This document shows, one piece after another, positions 15,496 to 30,231 of a DNA stretch of 64,000 nt. The notes beneath the pieces were generated by a model, which was not told where the DNA came from, searched no databases, and saw only the letters and a program-made list of their open reading frames with translations. The stretch's first letter is position 1; each line of letters starts with the position of its first letter. The position numbers and the translations under genes are program-made. This DNA is from Octopus vulgaris (Eukaryota). The stretch covers positions 156,240,001 to 156,304,000 of the forward strand of contig OX597814.1 in assembly GCA_951406725.2 (NCBI GenBank), written 5' to 3'.

Positions 15496-15596
15496 TATTT
15501 ATATGAATAATATATAGTATATTGACTAAAAATGTACACGCTAGGCCACTGCTAATGGAAATTTCTAATATTTCAGATTACCCTTTGATATTATTA

Positions 15597-15640
<44 letters not shown>

Positions 15641-15652
15641 TACACACATACT

Positions 15653-15702
<50 letters not shown>

Positions 15703-16022
15703 TACACACACATATGTATACTAGAGGGTGCTGAAAAGTCCCTGTGTTGAAGGGTATCGTGAAAGGCCTAGTTGGAAGCTCGACCATCCGAGTTCTTTTA
15801 CGGAGCTTAGGAAAACGGAGATAGCTTTGTCTCCACTATATACTAGCTATGTTTCGACAACGTTGTTAATAAGGTGTGCATTAAAATCTGGAGGTAAGTT
15901 GTATATATTACGAATGAAAGCATTTTCTGAACGCAACTATAGTTATGTGATTAAAAATTTTGATTTGTACCAGCATGGTTTTGTATCTTGGGCAAATATT
16001 TAATACAGTAATCTTAAGAGGT

Positions 16023-16366
16023 GTGAGTGGAAAGAGAGAGAGGATTAGAGATACACGCATACAAGTGTGTGTGTGTATGTGTGTGTACTTACGTGCATGC
16101 GTGCATGCGTGCGTGTGCGAGCGTGCATATTATAAATGCTGGCTGGTTAATTCTCCAGTACTGCCTTATGTTATAGCGAAAAAGGATGAAAGAGGGAGTA
16201 AAAGAGAGACACGAGCGCGTTAACATAGGAAGCTTGGTGGCAAACAATTCTAAAATTTGTCATTTGTAAACATCCTTAGATATCTACTCTGTCATTTACT
16301 CATTCTTTTCTTCATTTTCTTCTTTCTCTCTCTCTCTATCTTTCTTTCTCTCACATTGATTTTTTG

Positions 16367-16422
<56 letters not shown>

Positions 16423-16486
16423 CTCTGTAACACTCTTTTACTCATTGCTTGCCACAAAGCCTAGTGCGTGCACTCATCCTTCGCCG
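16023..16486 (+). repeat. ~450-bp dispersed direct repeat, copy 2
   Basis: High identity to 12027-12470; differs mainly in (CT)n length and a few substitutions. Confidence 0.9.
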
Positions 16487-18654
16487 CGAATAAAATGCAC
16501 CTTGCGAATAAAATTAGATATATGGAAATATTTAACATCATCACTTGCTTGCATCGTGTCTTTAGTGGATCCACTTTTAAAAAACATTCAGACTTGATGT
16601 TTTGTAACATTTCTTCCAACAACACTAATATCACTAATAATGATATTCCACCACACATATACATACATGTTTCCGAGATCCTGGACAAATATTATGGATC
16701 TACTTCTCGAATGATATCACAGAAATAAGAATAAACTATTACGTTATTCATTACTTTCTCTAAAGCATTTGACGTGTGAGAGACAAAATATTTTCTAAGT
16801 CGAATTTCAAACCATTTCAAAAACCTGGCTTGCCGTAATATCCCTCTAGTCAATATCATGTATGTCTACTTTTGAATTTATTATACTAAGATCCAGCTAG
16901 AATAATGCAGCGATATTCTTTATTTGATAAGTTCCTCGATGAATATTAATTGAGATGTATATAATGAAATTTTCCTCTTTCTTTTCTATGCGCCCAATTA
17001 CACGACATACATAATTGCGCCTGAGATAATCATATTTGGAATCCAGAGGGCGATAATGAAAACTTCGTTATATTTAGAGAAGCAAATGAAATTTAATTAT
17101 TATGGTCCGCATTATTTGTAATAAATTAATGCTTAGGTATATTAACTTTAAGTTTATGCTAGGCTATAGCATCATCACAAACAAAGATAATGCTATCGGT
17201 GAAAAATAGTGTATATAATTATGACTAGTTAACATGCATAGAAGAATAGTGTAGGAATATTTATTATCGTTAATTCAATATATACTGGATTCTAGTTTGT
17301 TTCTCTTTGATGAAATAGATGTTGTTATTGTTGCTGAAACCCATGTTAACAATGAATCAACTACGCATATAATCAAAAGCATTCAAGCCATTACTATCCA
17401 TTTGTTTAGGAGCATCGAGGTCTATTCATGTAGAAATATTTGGTGGATATATCTAGAAGACTGAGTGACTACTTAAAGATTCCTTTGGGTGCAATATATT
17501 GACGTCAGGCCAACTGCTCACGTCTTTCAACCGAAACTTAGCATTTTCTCAGTCGAAGGAAAACCATAAATTTCCACTTAATGACAAACATTAAAAAGAG
17601 TAACTGATGCGATTTTAATTTCCGGTTGAAGGCATTTGATTTCACCTACAGGCTTACTGCTTTCGAGAAAGCATGAACAACACATATCAGTTTGTTTTCA
17701 TATAAAATATAGAAGGCTTATGTAAGTTTATTAAAACAAACAAAAAAGCATATACATGTTTATCGGATATATATGTAAGGTGCCCGGTACTAGGCGCACA
17801 ACCGTACACTTCTAGGAGTAATAACACTTGTAGGGGGATTACGTCATGATGAAATTTATTACCAAATGCATTAAAGCAATGACCATCATATTTCCTTTCA
17901 GGAAACACAGGACATCGTTTGATTTGATAAAGATTCACTGCGATTTCTCGCTGGGTGCAGAACCATGTGGATATTCTTTCATTTGCTAATTGATGCTTTG
18001 TGTGTGACGACTTCCTTCGTTACTTCATTTTTTTACTTCTTATTTTTGTGCTGTGGTTTTTGCTCAACACAAGCATATATAAATTATATACTTATGTATT
18101 TTTCTATGTATGTTCACAAAAGCAAAAAGGAAAAGAGACAAAAGTATATTTTTGTTTCTAGGATTTCATTCCACTGATTCTAAATCAGGGGTTTGAGTTG
18201 TTTGTTATTTTATTGTCTTTTAGAAATCTTGTTTTTTTTTTCTTTTCGTATTTGATAATTATCACTTTAAATATTTCTAAGTCGTCATTTCACTTACCAT
18301 TCGTGGTCAGGAACGCATATTCTGTTTCTTTTGTTGCAGCTGTTGCTTATAACCAAGTCTGCATTGATTTATCAGTCTTATGTCTAAAGGCTTCCAAACC
18401 ATTACGGTCATGTATATTTTTATGTGTAGAACAACATTGAGAAATTCATCCTTCAGATGTGACTTGAAGGAAATTTGGTTGCTAGTTCTAACAGGGCGAA
18501 ATATCACGTAGATATTTCCTTGTTGCTTTTGTATGTTTATTCATATCATTACCTATTAGTAATGAAAGCAATTCAATCATAAATATATTTGTTAAACTTC
18601 AATGCCTTTGGAAATATCTTAGGAGAATAAAGATGTCATTCAGAAGTTTTGTAG

Positions 18655-18800
18655 TATTTATTTTATCCCTTTACGTTCTGATTTTAAATTCTACGGAGAT
18701 TAACTTTACAATTCATAATTAACAGCTCAATTAAATAAAGTACCTGCCACCTACTGGATCGATTTACTCGATCATATCTCCTCGAAAATTTTGTAACATA
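18655..18800 (+). mobile_element. SINE family A, highly degenerate
   Basis: ttacgttctg.tttaaattc...aaataaagtacc...ctggatcgat. Confidence 0.45.
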
Positions 18801-19818
18801 TTTATTTGTTTTGAAAAAAAATCAATGTCATGTGAATAAATGAGCTCCGCCAAAATTTCTTCCTGAAAACGCACATGATAAGGCCAGTACTCAGTATAGT
18901 GGAGCGAGAGAAATAGAAATAAATAATTGGGACTTCACAATTCCATATCTTTTTTATAGAGCTTCCCAAAGATGAATAGTAACATCAATCCCTGTTGGAC
19001 GTTAATTAGTAGAAACAAAATAGAGAAACTACATAAGGTAAAGCATGACAACCGGTCCTATGTTGATTGTACCGTCTTCAATCTCCTCAGGCTATACACA
19101 GAATAGGGGAGAATATATAATAATATAATGATTCACTAACAAGAAGTGTCCTAAAATATTTCTGCATTGATTTACTTTTAGTTTATGATGAGAATAGTGA
19201 TAGTAGTAGTGGAGGTGGCGACTGCGATAGCTATGGTGGCGGTTGTAGGGAAATGCAATCACAGATATTGCTAGCGGGGCTGGAAAATAATTCATTTTAA
19301 TTAAAAATATATAAAATAACCACAAGAAATGTGATTGAAATAATGATGGTATTCCTTTAATGATATTATTAATAGTAAATGTCTTAATTGATAGCTTTAG
19401 TGCAAGTTTCGTGGGAAAATCCATTCTGTTTGCGTAGTAAGGATTCTTTACAGAATTAACGCTAGAAGGGATCAGATGTCTGCAATACATGGACAGAATT
19501 AGGTGTGCTGACGATATGTATATACATGTGTGTGTGTGTGTGTATGTGTATGCGTGAATATTTCTCTGTGTGCGTATGTGTGAGTATGTGTACGTGTACG
19601 CGTGTACTCGCACAATTATAACTCAAAGGTATGATAATATGTTATGATAAAAAAAATTTAATACAATGGTTTACTACACAGCGATTGCTGCATTCTTACA
19701 AGTTCTTCAGATGCACATATGTGTGTGTGTGCCTGCGTATGTGCGTGTTTGTGTACGTGTGAGTGTATGTAAGTATATATGTGTATGTATAATATATATA
19801 TATATTTGCATCGAAATG

Positions 19819-19859
<41 letters not shown>

Positions 19860-19939
19860 AAGTCACTAGAACATGTAGACTATTTTACGTTCACTTTCTT
19901 TTTTAATAAAACTCATGTATCTATCTACATATATAGCTG

Positions 19940-20028
<89 letters not shown>

Positions 20029-21457
20029 GGAGGGAGGGAGGAGGAAAAGACAGACTGACAGACAGACAGATAGATAGAGAGATAGATAGACAGACAGACA
20101 GACAGACAGTCAGGAGGATAAAGGAAAGAGAGAATGAGAAAGTGAGAGAAATGAGCGCAAGAGATTTAAGTGTGTATTTGCATATGATATGTTATTTTGT
20201 TATGAAAAACGGTATGTGAATAGTGCAATGAAATTCTCTTCTTTTTTATGACTATTGCTGAAAAGCCAACAAGTTGTCATCCACTTCCTTTGCTGAAAAG
20301 TCAGGCTAATGTAAAGAAACTCGTGCCGTATTTCCCTATTGTAGATAGTATTACAATATAGCTACTATATATTCATAGATGGTTAGAAAGAGTGATATAT
20401 AGTTGGCGTCGATTGGTATTTTCCATTTATTGTGTATTTAAGTCTGAGGTCTAACACCTTTTTATAAAATCAATAACTACTCTTATAACCTTAATAACAA
20501 TTAGATAAAAATATTCATCTGAGGAACAAGCCGCCATAATGCAAGACGGCTAGTAAGTTGAAATGTCGACATATCTCACTTGAAGCATTCTTCATATTTC
20601 AACAAAAAAATATTTACTTTAACCAAATGAAGCCTAACAGCAATTAAATGAAGGATTTCAGAAGAATTATTTGACATCATGTCACAAATTATTTAGGCAG
20701 TGAATATAAACTATTATTCTATTGACGCCGCTGAAATATCTGTAATGATATAAACAGCAAGAAAAAAATGAGTCCTATCACCAGCAGCTGTTTCATTAAG
20801 GAACTAAGTCTGTAATCTTAATGACTCGGTTTGGTTTTCAGTTCTACGCTATCACTTCATTATCAGTTAAGTTTTGCTGGTTCAGTAGTTACAATATAAC
20901 AGTAGAAATTGGATGACTGTATAAGTGATAATTATTTTGTTTAAACAGATGCAAATTGATTTTTGTATTGTTCAAGAACATGAACAATTTGCTCGTATGC
21001 AAGGATATACATAATTTGTATATAAGCATCAAAGAAAGAATCCACCTAATAACAAAATAATGAGGAGTACTATTCACAAGTTACAAACCATCAAGACGAA
21101 TCTGTCACTACAACATAAATAATGGCACTTCAGGATCTTTATGCAAAATGCTATAATCTGCATACCCGATATGGATTGTAATTTCTTGCCTTAAGTCATT
21201 GTGACTTGGATAATTTTCTAGGAAACTTCAATGAGAAATTTGAAGAAACGAGCATTAAACACACACACACATGTATATACATGTATGCATGTATAATTTA
21301 ATATGCTCTATATTCAATGGGAACTACTATAATTTCATGATCGCATAGTACAATAATCAGACGAGTTTGTATAGGGAGCCGCGTACTACTATCCTGAACT
21401 CACTCAGACGGAATACATTTTTGTTGATCTTAACAATAACGGAACAGTACTACACAC

Positions 21458-21572
<115 letters not shown>

Positions 21573-22213
21573 AGAGGGAGAGAGAGAACAAAGTAACTTC
21601 TTTTCCCTCGTTAGGACTTCGAAAGTAGGTCCCAAATAATATCTTGCCGTCTTCAACAAGGAAGAGCCCATTGGATAGTATCACCCTAAGTAAACGGAAC
21701 AACACAGGCTTGTCGAAGCTGACATTTCTTTGTTTATATGTTCTGACGCTCACAGCAAGCCTACGTTTAAAAATACTATTCACTGTTATACACTTCACAT
21801 TTTTATCTTTATGGACGGTAGAAGAGTCAGTTGAAACGAGCATTTTACAGAGTCACTGAGATTAATGGTAAAGAGAGAGAGGAAAGTATCCTTAAAGCAG
21901 AGACATAACCAAAACACTTTCAGCAGAATAGGCGCTGCTAAACGCCCCTAAGGTACCAGGTGTTTGTGATAAACGGGATTAAGTATACCACGCACGTTGT
22001 GCTGAGATTTAAACTCAAAACATGAAGGGATGAAATAAATACTGCAAGGCATGAAGTCCAATGTTATGACAATCTACAACTTTATGTTGCTACACATTTT
22101 GATCGATTCCATAAAGATGCAAGGCAGAGTTGATTTGGGATGGATTTGAATTTTGGTGACTGATACTTACCACAAATAACACGATACAATCTAACCAACA
22201 CTCTAACAAGGAC

Positions 22214-22394
<181 letters not shown>

Positions 22395-22594
22395 TATGGA
22401 CGTCACTAAAGTGAACAATGGCAATAATCAGCACCAGTATTGCTAGGATTAAGAGCCAAAACAACTCAATAGCCATAAAAAGCAAAAGTGCTTTGACTCT
22501 TATTTCTAGCAATACTGGTGCTGACTAGTGCCCTTGTTCACATTCGTAACGTATAGATTTCTGCTTTTAGGTTGTAACATTGCGAATTAGCCAC

Positions 22595-22662
<68 letters not shown>

Positions 22663-22672
22663 GTATATATAT

Positions 22673-22871
22673 GTAAAGTTAATCCAAACAAGAAAGCACA
22701 AAAAAAACACAACGCGAGGACGTGGAACAAATATAGTATTATTGGACGCTCAGGAAAGAAGGAGGGTTTAACGTTTCGTACAGAGCTCTTCGTCGGAAAC
22801 ATAGGAGAAGGAAAGATCCAGAGAAGGGAAGACAGAGGAAAACAAATCGCCAACGGTACACATGAGGTCAC
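22673..22871 (-). mobile_element. Short (TA)n-anchored repeat, probable solo Penelope pLTR / non-autonomous element
   Basis: Reverse-complement homolog of 43210-43415; carries a hammerhead-like motif; its 3' end abuts (TA)n. Confidence 0.65.
22766..22800 (-). ncRNA. Hammerhead-like motif (CCGACGA variant, stem II decayed)
   Basis: Minus strand gttt-CCGACGA-a-gagc tct gtac-GAAA-cg-TT-aaac; perfect 4-bp stem I gttt/aaac. Confidence 0.45.
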
Positions 22872-23812
22872 CAAGATATTGGTCAAACCAAGACTATGGT
22901 TGAAAACCAATTGCTCATGGTGCTGCGTGGCAGGATCGATTCGATTCTATACGGAATTTACCTATGCAGCCATACCTGCTTTCATGTATATCAAATTCAT
23001 CTACTTCTAGTCCACCAGAAAGTTTGTCCCAGCTTTCATAATATTAACAATAAACTGAATGTTTCTCCTCTGATAAGATATTTCGGTAGATATTATCCTC
23101 TACGTTCTTAATGTAATGTAAAGAAACCAACCAATAAATTTCGCATTCTTTTTGATTATCTTCTTTCAGCTTATTAACATAGATACGTATTCTTTTCATA
23201 CATGCTGCATCTGAACTGCACAAACATTAGCTGGAACAGGTTGATAGAAAGAAGGTCTGAATGCCGAAATATGCTATTTATGTGCCAATGTAAAAGTTGA
23301 TGTCTTTCTTCAGTGACGTATATATCCAGTTATCTATTAGAATGTATGTGAAGCCATATTTGGACTGTAGTATGTGAATTACATTTTTTTCTTGTTAACG
23401 TCAGATAAAGCAAGTGGTAGATATTGTGCATATAACAGCATATGTATATATCAGTAACATTGATTTCTCATAAGTAAAACACAAAATATGACTTGCTTTC
23501 AAGAAAAGTATTAAATGAAGGAATTAATTCCAATCTTTCTAATTAGTAGCATGCTTATTATCGTATTAACTTAGATTATTTTCAATAGATCTTCACATAT
23601 TAGAAATCGAAGAAAAACTTAACTTGTAATATAGTTGCTAGCATACTTGATGTATTATGAAGGAAGTTGTAAAACAGCATTCGTTGTGACGATACAAAAA
23701 TCATTTATCTCATTCATTAATTTTTATTAAAACAGACCAAATTCAACCCCAAAATTTAAACTGAGATTACTCTAAACATATTTCGATCGTATTTTATTTC
23801 ATCAGCGAAGTA

Positions 23813-24200
23813 TAGGCGCGGGCGTGGCCTTGTGGTAAGAAGTTTACTTCCCAACCACATTGTTCCAGGTTCAGTCCCACAGCGTGGCACTTTGGGGAAG
23901 TGTCTTCTACTTTGGTTTCGCCCTGACTAAATCCTTGTCAACAGATCTGGTTGACAAAACTGAAAGAAGCCCGTCGAATGTGTGTGTGCGTATGTGTGTT
24001 TCTTTGTGCCTGTGTTTGTGTCCCCAAACCGTTTGACAACCGGTGTTGGTATGTTTACATCTCCATAACTTAGCGGTTCGGTAGAATAAGAATCAGGCAT
24101 AAAAATATATAAGTACTGAGGTCGATTCGTTCGACAAAAATTCACAGCAGCGCCTCAGCGTGGCCACAATCTCACGGTTGCAACAAGTAGAACATAAAAG
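23813..24200 (+). mobile_element. SINE family B
   Basis: Head gtggccttgtggtaag...ggttcagtccc, CORE-like gtggcactttgg..aagtgtcttc, internal (TG)n. Confidence 0.8.
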
Positions 24201-24574
24201 AAGACAACCGCTATAGTCAAATCTTAAAATGATTAGAGAGAAAAAAAGAATTTAGTAAACGAACTTTGAGTGGCGAGATGACATAAGATGAACTAATCAT
24301 TATAGCTAATGAGAACACTCCAAATCGAAACAAAAATTCTAATACGAATGGTAAATAACTAAATCCAAAGACATAAGAGCAACATAAACCTACCACTTAT
24401 TGATTATACAAGTGTGAAATAATTCGAAATACTAACAAACCAATCGAGAAACGAATACTGATATACATTGCATTTTCGTATTATTGATTATAACTTCTTC
24501 AATTTTACGTTCAATAAAATTCCTAATGATGACAAGGGCAAAGAGTAATTGTATTTGTACTTGTACTTGTGGTG

Positions 24575-24930
24575 ACATTCACCCTGGGCGGGTTGAGTCG
24601 GCTTCTTCTACTCATGGAAGAAGTTTTGTGGGAATATGTGGATTTCACAAGCGGTCCCCAACAATCCCGCATGTGGAGACATCCTGTTTGTCGCAGATTG
24701 TCCGCAGACGCAGGGACAGAACGACCGGGGAGCGGTCGGTTGCCGAAGCAGACACTCCGAGGAGTTTCACCAGAGCCCCGTCTGCCGGGTTATGGCCCTA
24801 ATACCACTCGGTGTCAGACCAATCCGCCTTGGGTGGCCCTACCAGGAACCGAAGTTCCCGACGGCATTGCTCTGACACTACCCGTTGCCAGCGTCCCCAC
24901 CACGGTGAAGAGGGGATGGATTTTGGGGTA
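24575..24930 (-). mobile_element. GC-rich fragment resembling the 5' end of an RTE-clade retroelement
   Basis: Minus strand accgtggtgggga...gagcaatgccgtcggga..tcctggtagggccacccaaggc resembles RTE/Rex3-type 5' UTRs as I recall them (not database-checked). Confidence 0.45.
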
Positions 24931-24967
24931 ATTGCAGCAATGATAACCACAGATATCCCCACTACAC

Positions 24968-25230
24968 CAGCGGTTCTCAAATGAGGTCCATATAGTCCAT
25001 GGGGGTTCATATAAGTCTTTTTTTTGTTGTTGTTAAAATTTATGTGCGATAAACTGGTTATATTTTTACAATGCACGAAATATCAAAAAATATATATACA
25101 GTTCCAATTAAACATTTAATTATTAAAAAATACAGTAGGTATCTTTTAAACATCGAATGACTATTGAGGTCCAGTAGAATAAAATAGGTATCAAAGAGGT
25201 CTATCAGTAAAAAATGTCTGAGAACCACTT
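24968..25230. mobile_element. hAT (Charlie-like) non-autonomous element
   Basis: Ends CAGCGGTTCTCA / TGAGAACCACTT; 8-bp TSD cactacac / ccctacac (7 of 8 match). Confidence 0.75.
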
Positions 25231-26048
25231 CCCTACACGGTCGCATACTCTTGTTTACTCTGTTAGAAATAGCAGCCAAATCGTCCTTGAATCACATCCT
25301 ACTGTCTTAGATCACCACCTACAAACGATTTTTTCCTTTGGATATATTAGCTAAAATGATTTTGGATAATAATGTGAGTGAGAAGAAAAAGGGTAGGATC
25401 GTCTCGACTAGAATACATTTTGAATACTGGGTGACTTGATCAGAGGTAACCTGGTTTTAACAACGATAACAACAACAACAACAACAACAACAAAAGCAAT
25501 AATAACACCAGCTGCAACATTAATATCGACAAATATATAAGCACCAAAGTACGCCTCGATTGATTATTAGTCTTTCGAATTATTTTAAACTGCTATAATC
25601 AATACTTTAAAAAATAAGGTTAATTCGATGACATTTGTGAAGTTATCGATAAAAGGAAAAAATCTTATCGCTAACAACATATGACACTAATTACAAACTT
25701 GAAGTTATCGTCTGTATTACGTACTTTTAGTTTTGTCTGACTCATATATGCACAGTGTATATAAGTTTGTATACTGAGGGGAAGAGAAAGAGTGTGTGAT
25801 GGAGGGAGAGAGAAAGAAAAACAGAAAAGAAGAGATCAGCATATCTATTTAGGTTATTTCAATTTTGATATGATGTTCTTCAAACGGAATGTACCATATA
25901 AAATGATTTAGAAAAAAAATAATGGTATTGAGCAAAACATTCATGTTCAGAGTTACAGATTTCATCGAGTGTCACACACACACACATGCATATATATTTA
26001 TATATAATATGCATATATTTATATGTATATATGAATATATGTATAAAT

Positions 26049-26107
<59 letters not shown>

Positions 26108-26299
26108 TTATTTATTTATTTATTTTTTAATACACCTATACACACACAAGCAAACAAATTCACATGAGTAGTTCATTAATAAAACAGTGAAAGAGGTTTA
26201 TGCAGTTCGTTAAAATAGTTGACATTTATCAGAACGGTTACACGCCACTTAAAAGATATCATCGAAATTATATGCATGTATGCATATAAATGCACACAC

Positions 26300-26340
<41 letters not shown>

Positions 26341-26364
26341 CATACATATATATATATGTATATA

Positions 26365-26417
<53 letters not shown>

Positions 26418-26418
<1 letters not shown>

Positions 26419-26618
26419 CAAAATGACAAATGTTAAGTAAAGAGAAGCACAAAAAAAGAAAGAAGAAAGCAAAGGACCACTGATGATGTCACAGAAGTGT
26501 GACGAAAGAACTCTGGCCGAAATACAATTAATATAAAATAACGATGAAGCAAGTGAACAGCAAATATATAGTGCATGTGTTTTCATTGGTTAAACTGGCA
26601 ACATGACCATCCCCAAAT

Positions 26619-26625
<7 letters not shown>
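26418..26625 (+). mobile_element. Short hammerhead-bearing element between two (TA)n-rich tracts
   Basis: ~200 bp of non-repetitive sequence flanked by TA microsatellites; contains the canonical hammerhead core. Confidence 0.5.
26474..26518 (+). ncRNA. Hammerhead ribozyme with canonical core, in a short element between (TA)n tracts
   Basis: ggacca-CTGATGA-t-GTCACA gaag TGTGAC-GAAA-gaac-TC-tggcc: 6-bp stem II, stem I cca/tgg, CUC cleavage triplet, minimal stem III. Confidence 0.7.
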
Positions 26626-26659
<34 letters not shown>

Positions 26660-26674
26660 TATACATATATATAC

Positions 26675-26705
<31 letters not shown>

Positions 26706-26706
26706 C

Positions 26707-26742
<36 letters not shown>

Positions 26743-26802
26743 GTGTATACATATATATATATATGTATAAATATATGTATATATATATATAAGTATATAT
26801 AC

Positions 26803-26844
<42 letters not shown>

Positions 26845-27630
26845 ACATATATATATATACGTCGCTTCCATATCCCTTACCAGTTCTTGTGCACCCAAAA
26901 AAAACGATATTTATCACCTTAAATATCGGTTCTATTGTCTCCTATATATTGCAATAAGCGACTTTAGTTTAGCGGATCATATCGCTGAACACTTAAGTAA
27001 CATCCGCCTAGCAGTACCGCATAACCAGTTGTCTGACATTTCACTTCCACTACATGCACAGTTTCCCTCTCTCAAAGTAGTATTATGTCACGTCATGGAT
27101 CCCTTACTTCCTGCTTCAAATTTCTCATTGGCCGCTCCCCACTTTAGGTAGGAATAATATGGTCAGGATAACATAACTCTTCTACTAAACTGCATTCTGT
27201 CCTCCTATATCCATCCCACCATAGTAACCCATAGTTTTACACAACATTTCACAGATCACATATACAACTCTATAAATTGATGCATCTGCAATGGCTGAAC
27301 ATACCACGTACTACACATCACCCTCACCATGGACGTAACAACCCACTTATATACACACGCTTATACAGACACGCTAATACGTACACTATCTTGTTCAAAA
27401 ACCTATAAACAAACCACCATTCTACCACCCTGCCACATAATCCTCCATGCCTAACACCCAAACGTATATCCTACACATCCACGCATACAAACATCCATAC
27501 ACACACCTATACATAACCATACAAATACGCACACTTGTATGTAAATATACATATATGTATATACTTGTATTTGTCTATATATATGTGTGTGTATATAGGC
27601 ACATAAATATATACACCCATACACAAAGCG

Positions 27631-27681
<51 letters not shown>

Positions 27682-28830
27682 CATTACATACACACACACA
27701 CATACACAGATCGATAGAGGTATCGAATATTTCAGCCAAACATATATGTTTTGAAACACCACAATCTTGTCTGAGATCTCAACGAGTTATAAAAAAAAAA
27801 AACGAGACAAAAAGATCTATTTTCGAAACGTCCATTTTTCTTTGTCTGTTGTACGACTGTCAAACGTTGACTCTTTGTTATATATATGATAAGCACTTGG
27901 ACTAGTTTTCAAAAATAATTGCTTATATCTTGGCTAGACTACGAAACTGATTAAGGAATCTTGGGGTTACCACCTTTCCTAACTATTGAAGCTATCTTTC
28001 GACATAACAGAATGGGGTATGCACACCTTACTGACCATATATGGAATGTAAAAAAAGTTGTGAAGCGTCTATATTGTGGAGAGCAATTTCGAGGGAAATA
28101 TCCATTTGAAAAAATACATTTAAATTACAATGCTCTCTTTAATACTGTGGTCACGAAGTGAATCGTTATATGTGAGGCCTAGAAAAATTATCAACTGTTA
28201 GGGCATTATTGAGGACAGGTACTCAATGCGCCTATGAGCAGCAAAGAGAAACCCATAAAACATGCAACTTTGAAATACGATACAAAGAAAGAAAACACCA
28301 TAGGTATCTATTTATAGGTATCTATTTTATATTTTCAAGTCGTAACGGTTTGCTTTTCTAATAATGGTTTCGTTAAACACTCTGCAGTGCATGAACCAAA
28401 ACATAAGTTCTTGCCAGCTGATTTAACATGAGTCTCTAAATCAGGTAATCAATGTTTTCTTTCTCTTGACCTTTGTGAAGAAACATGTAATGATGTTGCA
28501 TTGCATTTAACGGAGAAGCGACACTTGTGTAACAGATTTTCTTAAAAGTAGTATATCAGCAATTAAAGTGAAAAAGAAATCATCTTCATTTTGCTGCTCA
28601 TTAGGAAGTTATGGTCATATTCACTGCTGAGTTGGCTTCCATCATTTGGTGTTGTATATATGTATATACCCAAAAATGTAAGTGTATTTATGTAACTATG
28701 CATTTATATATATACAGATATAGATATAGATAGATAGATGGATAGATGGATGGATTGATAGATAGATAGATAGATTGATAGACAGATCCCAAGTTCAGCC
28801 ATTCTTTGCTGAATATAGATATAGATAGAT

Positions 28831-28880
<50 letters not shown>

Positions 28881-28950
28881 TGATAGTCAGATCCCAAGTT
28901 CAGCCATTCTTTGCTCCAGACGGGTTCGTATGTATGCATACATACATGCA

Positions 28951-29018
<68 letters not shown>

Positions 29019-30060
29019 CGTGCGTGTGTGTGTGGGCGCGCGTGTGCCTATTTGTGTGATTTTAAACTGCATCTGGTGACGGGATCCTGGTCTGAGAGTT
29101 TCAGGGTCTGGAGAAGTGTTGTACCATCTCTTAACCATTATTGTTTTTAGATCTATTCTGACCCAGAGATATGGATTAATCAGTATATTAGGGCTTGCCT
29201 TCCGATGCATCTACAGCCGCTTGTCGCGCGCGCGATTATATTTGTGTGTGTGTATACATATACAGATAGAATACTTTTATGTGTGTGTGTGTGTGTGTCA
29301 ACGCAGGAAAAAGCGGATACAGCAACGCATTGTGGGGTGCAGAGAGCAAAATGAAGAAGTAAGATACCTTAGTTATCCACTGCATCCGTCTCCATCTCCT
29401 GTTGTCTTGACCTCGTCTTTACTCTTGATTGAAGATGGTCACGGACGAGATAGTAAGGTTCACGGTTCATCACTTTAAACAAAGTCACTACGCAAGTCAT
29501 CAGTGAACCTTAAGGATGAATAGATAATCCTTGGCACTCCAATTGACGAACATGTTGTATGTATTACTGGACGGATATTAAGGCTTTCGGTTCGATTCCC
29601 GGACCACGTAATGTTGTTTCCTTGAACATGGCAGTTTATTTCACACTGAGTCTCTTTGCTCAGCCGAAAATAAGAACCACTCCAGTGCTGGTGCAGAAGT
29701 CCTTTCCTCGATGTTTCACTAGTTTAAGGGTAGCAGGGCAGATAATGTATCTGCTCACAACTAAATACGACCCACTCCATAATCGCTTGCGACTAATGGC
29801 TAAGATTTTACGTATTCTTTCATGGTTAAGAATTTTTTTCCTGATCACGATTTCGGGTTCATGTTTTACTATAACTTCCAGGTGATCAGTGAATTGTGAA
29901 TGAAATCTGCGGTCTTCAAACACCAGATTAATATGTGTACAAGCCCTAAAACCGGGTTCAGTGTTTTTGAAGGAAGAGTATGGTTGTGGACGTCATATTT
30001 CTGATCTCGGATGAAACATTTTACAAGTTGTTTGCGACCCGTTATATATTCATTCTTATA

Positions 30061-30166
<106 letters not shown>

Positions 30167-30231
30167 CGCGTAGGGTTTGTGTGTGTGTATACATATACAA
30201 ATAGAATACTTTTATTTGTGTGTATATTTTA

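Noticed and set aside
21812-21845. Hammerhead-like remnant gtagaagagtcagttgaaacg in a TA-adjacent segment
   Set aside because: Core and stems too decayed to call.
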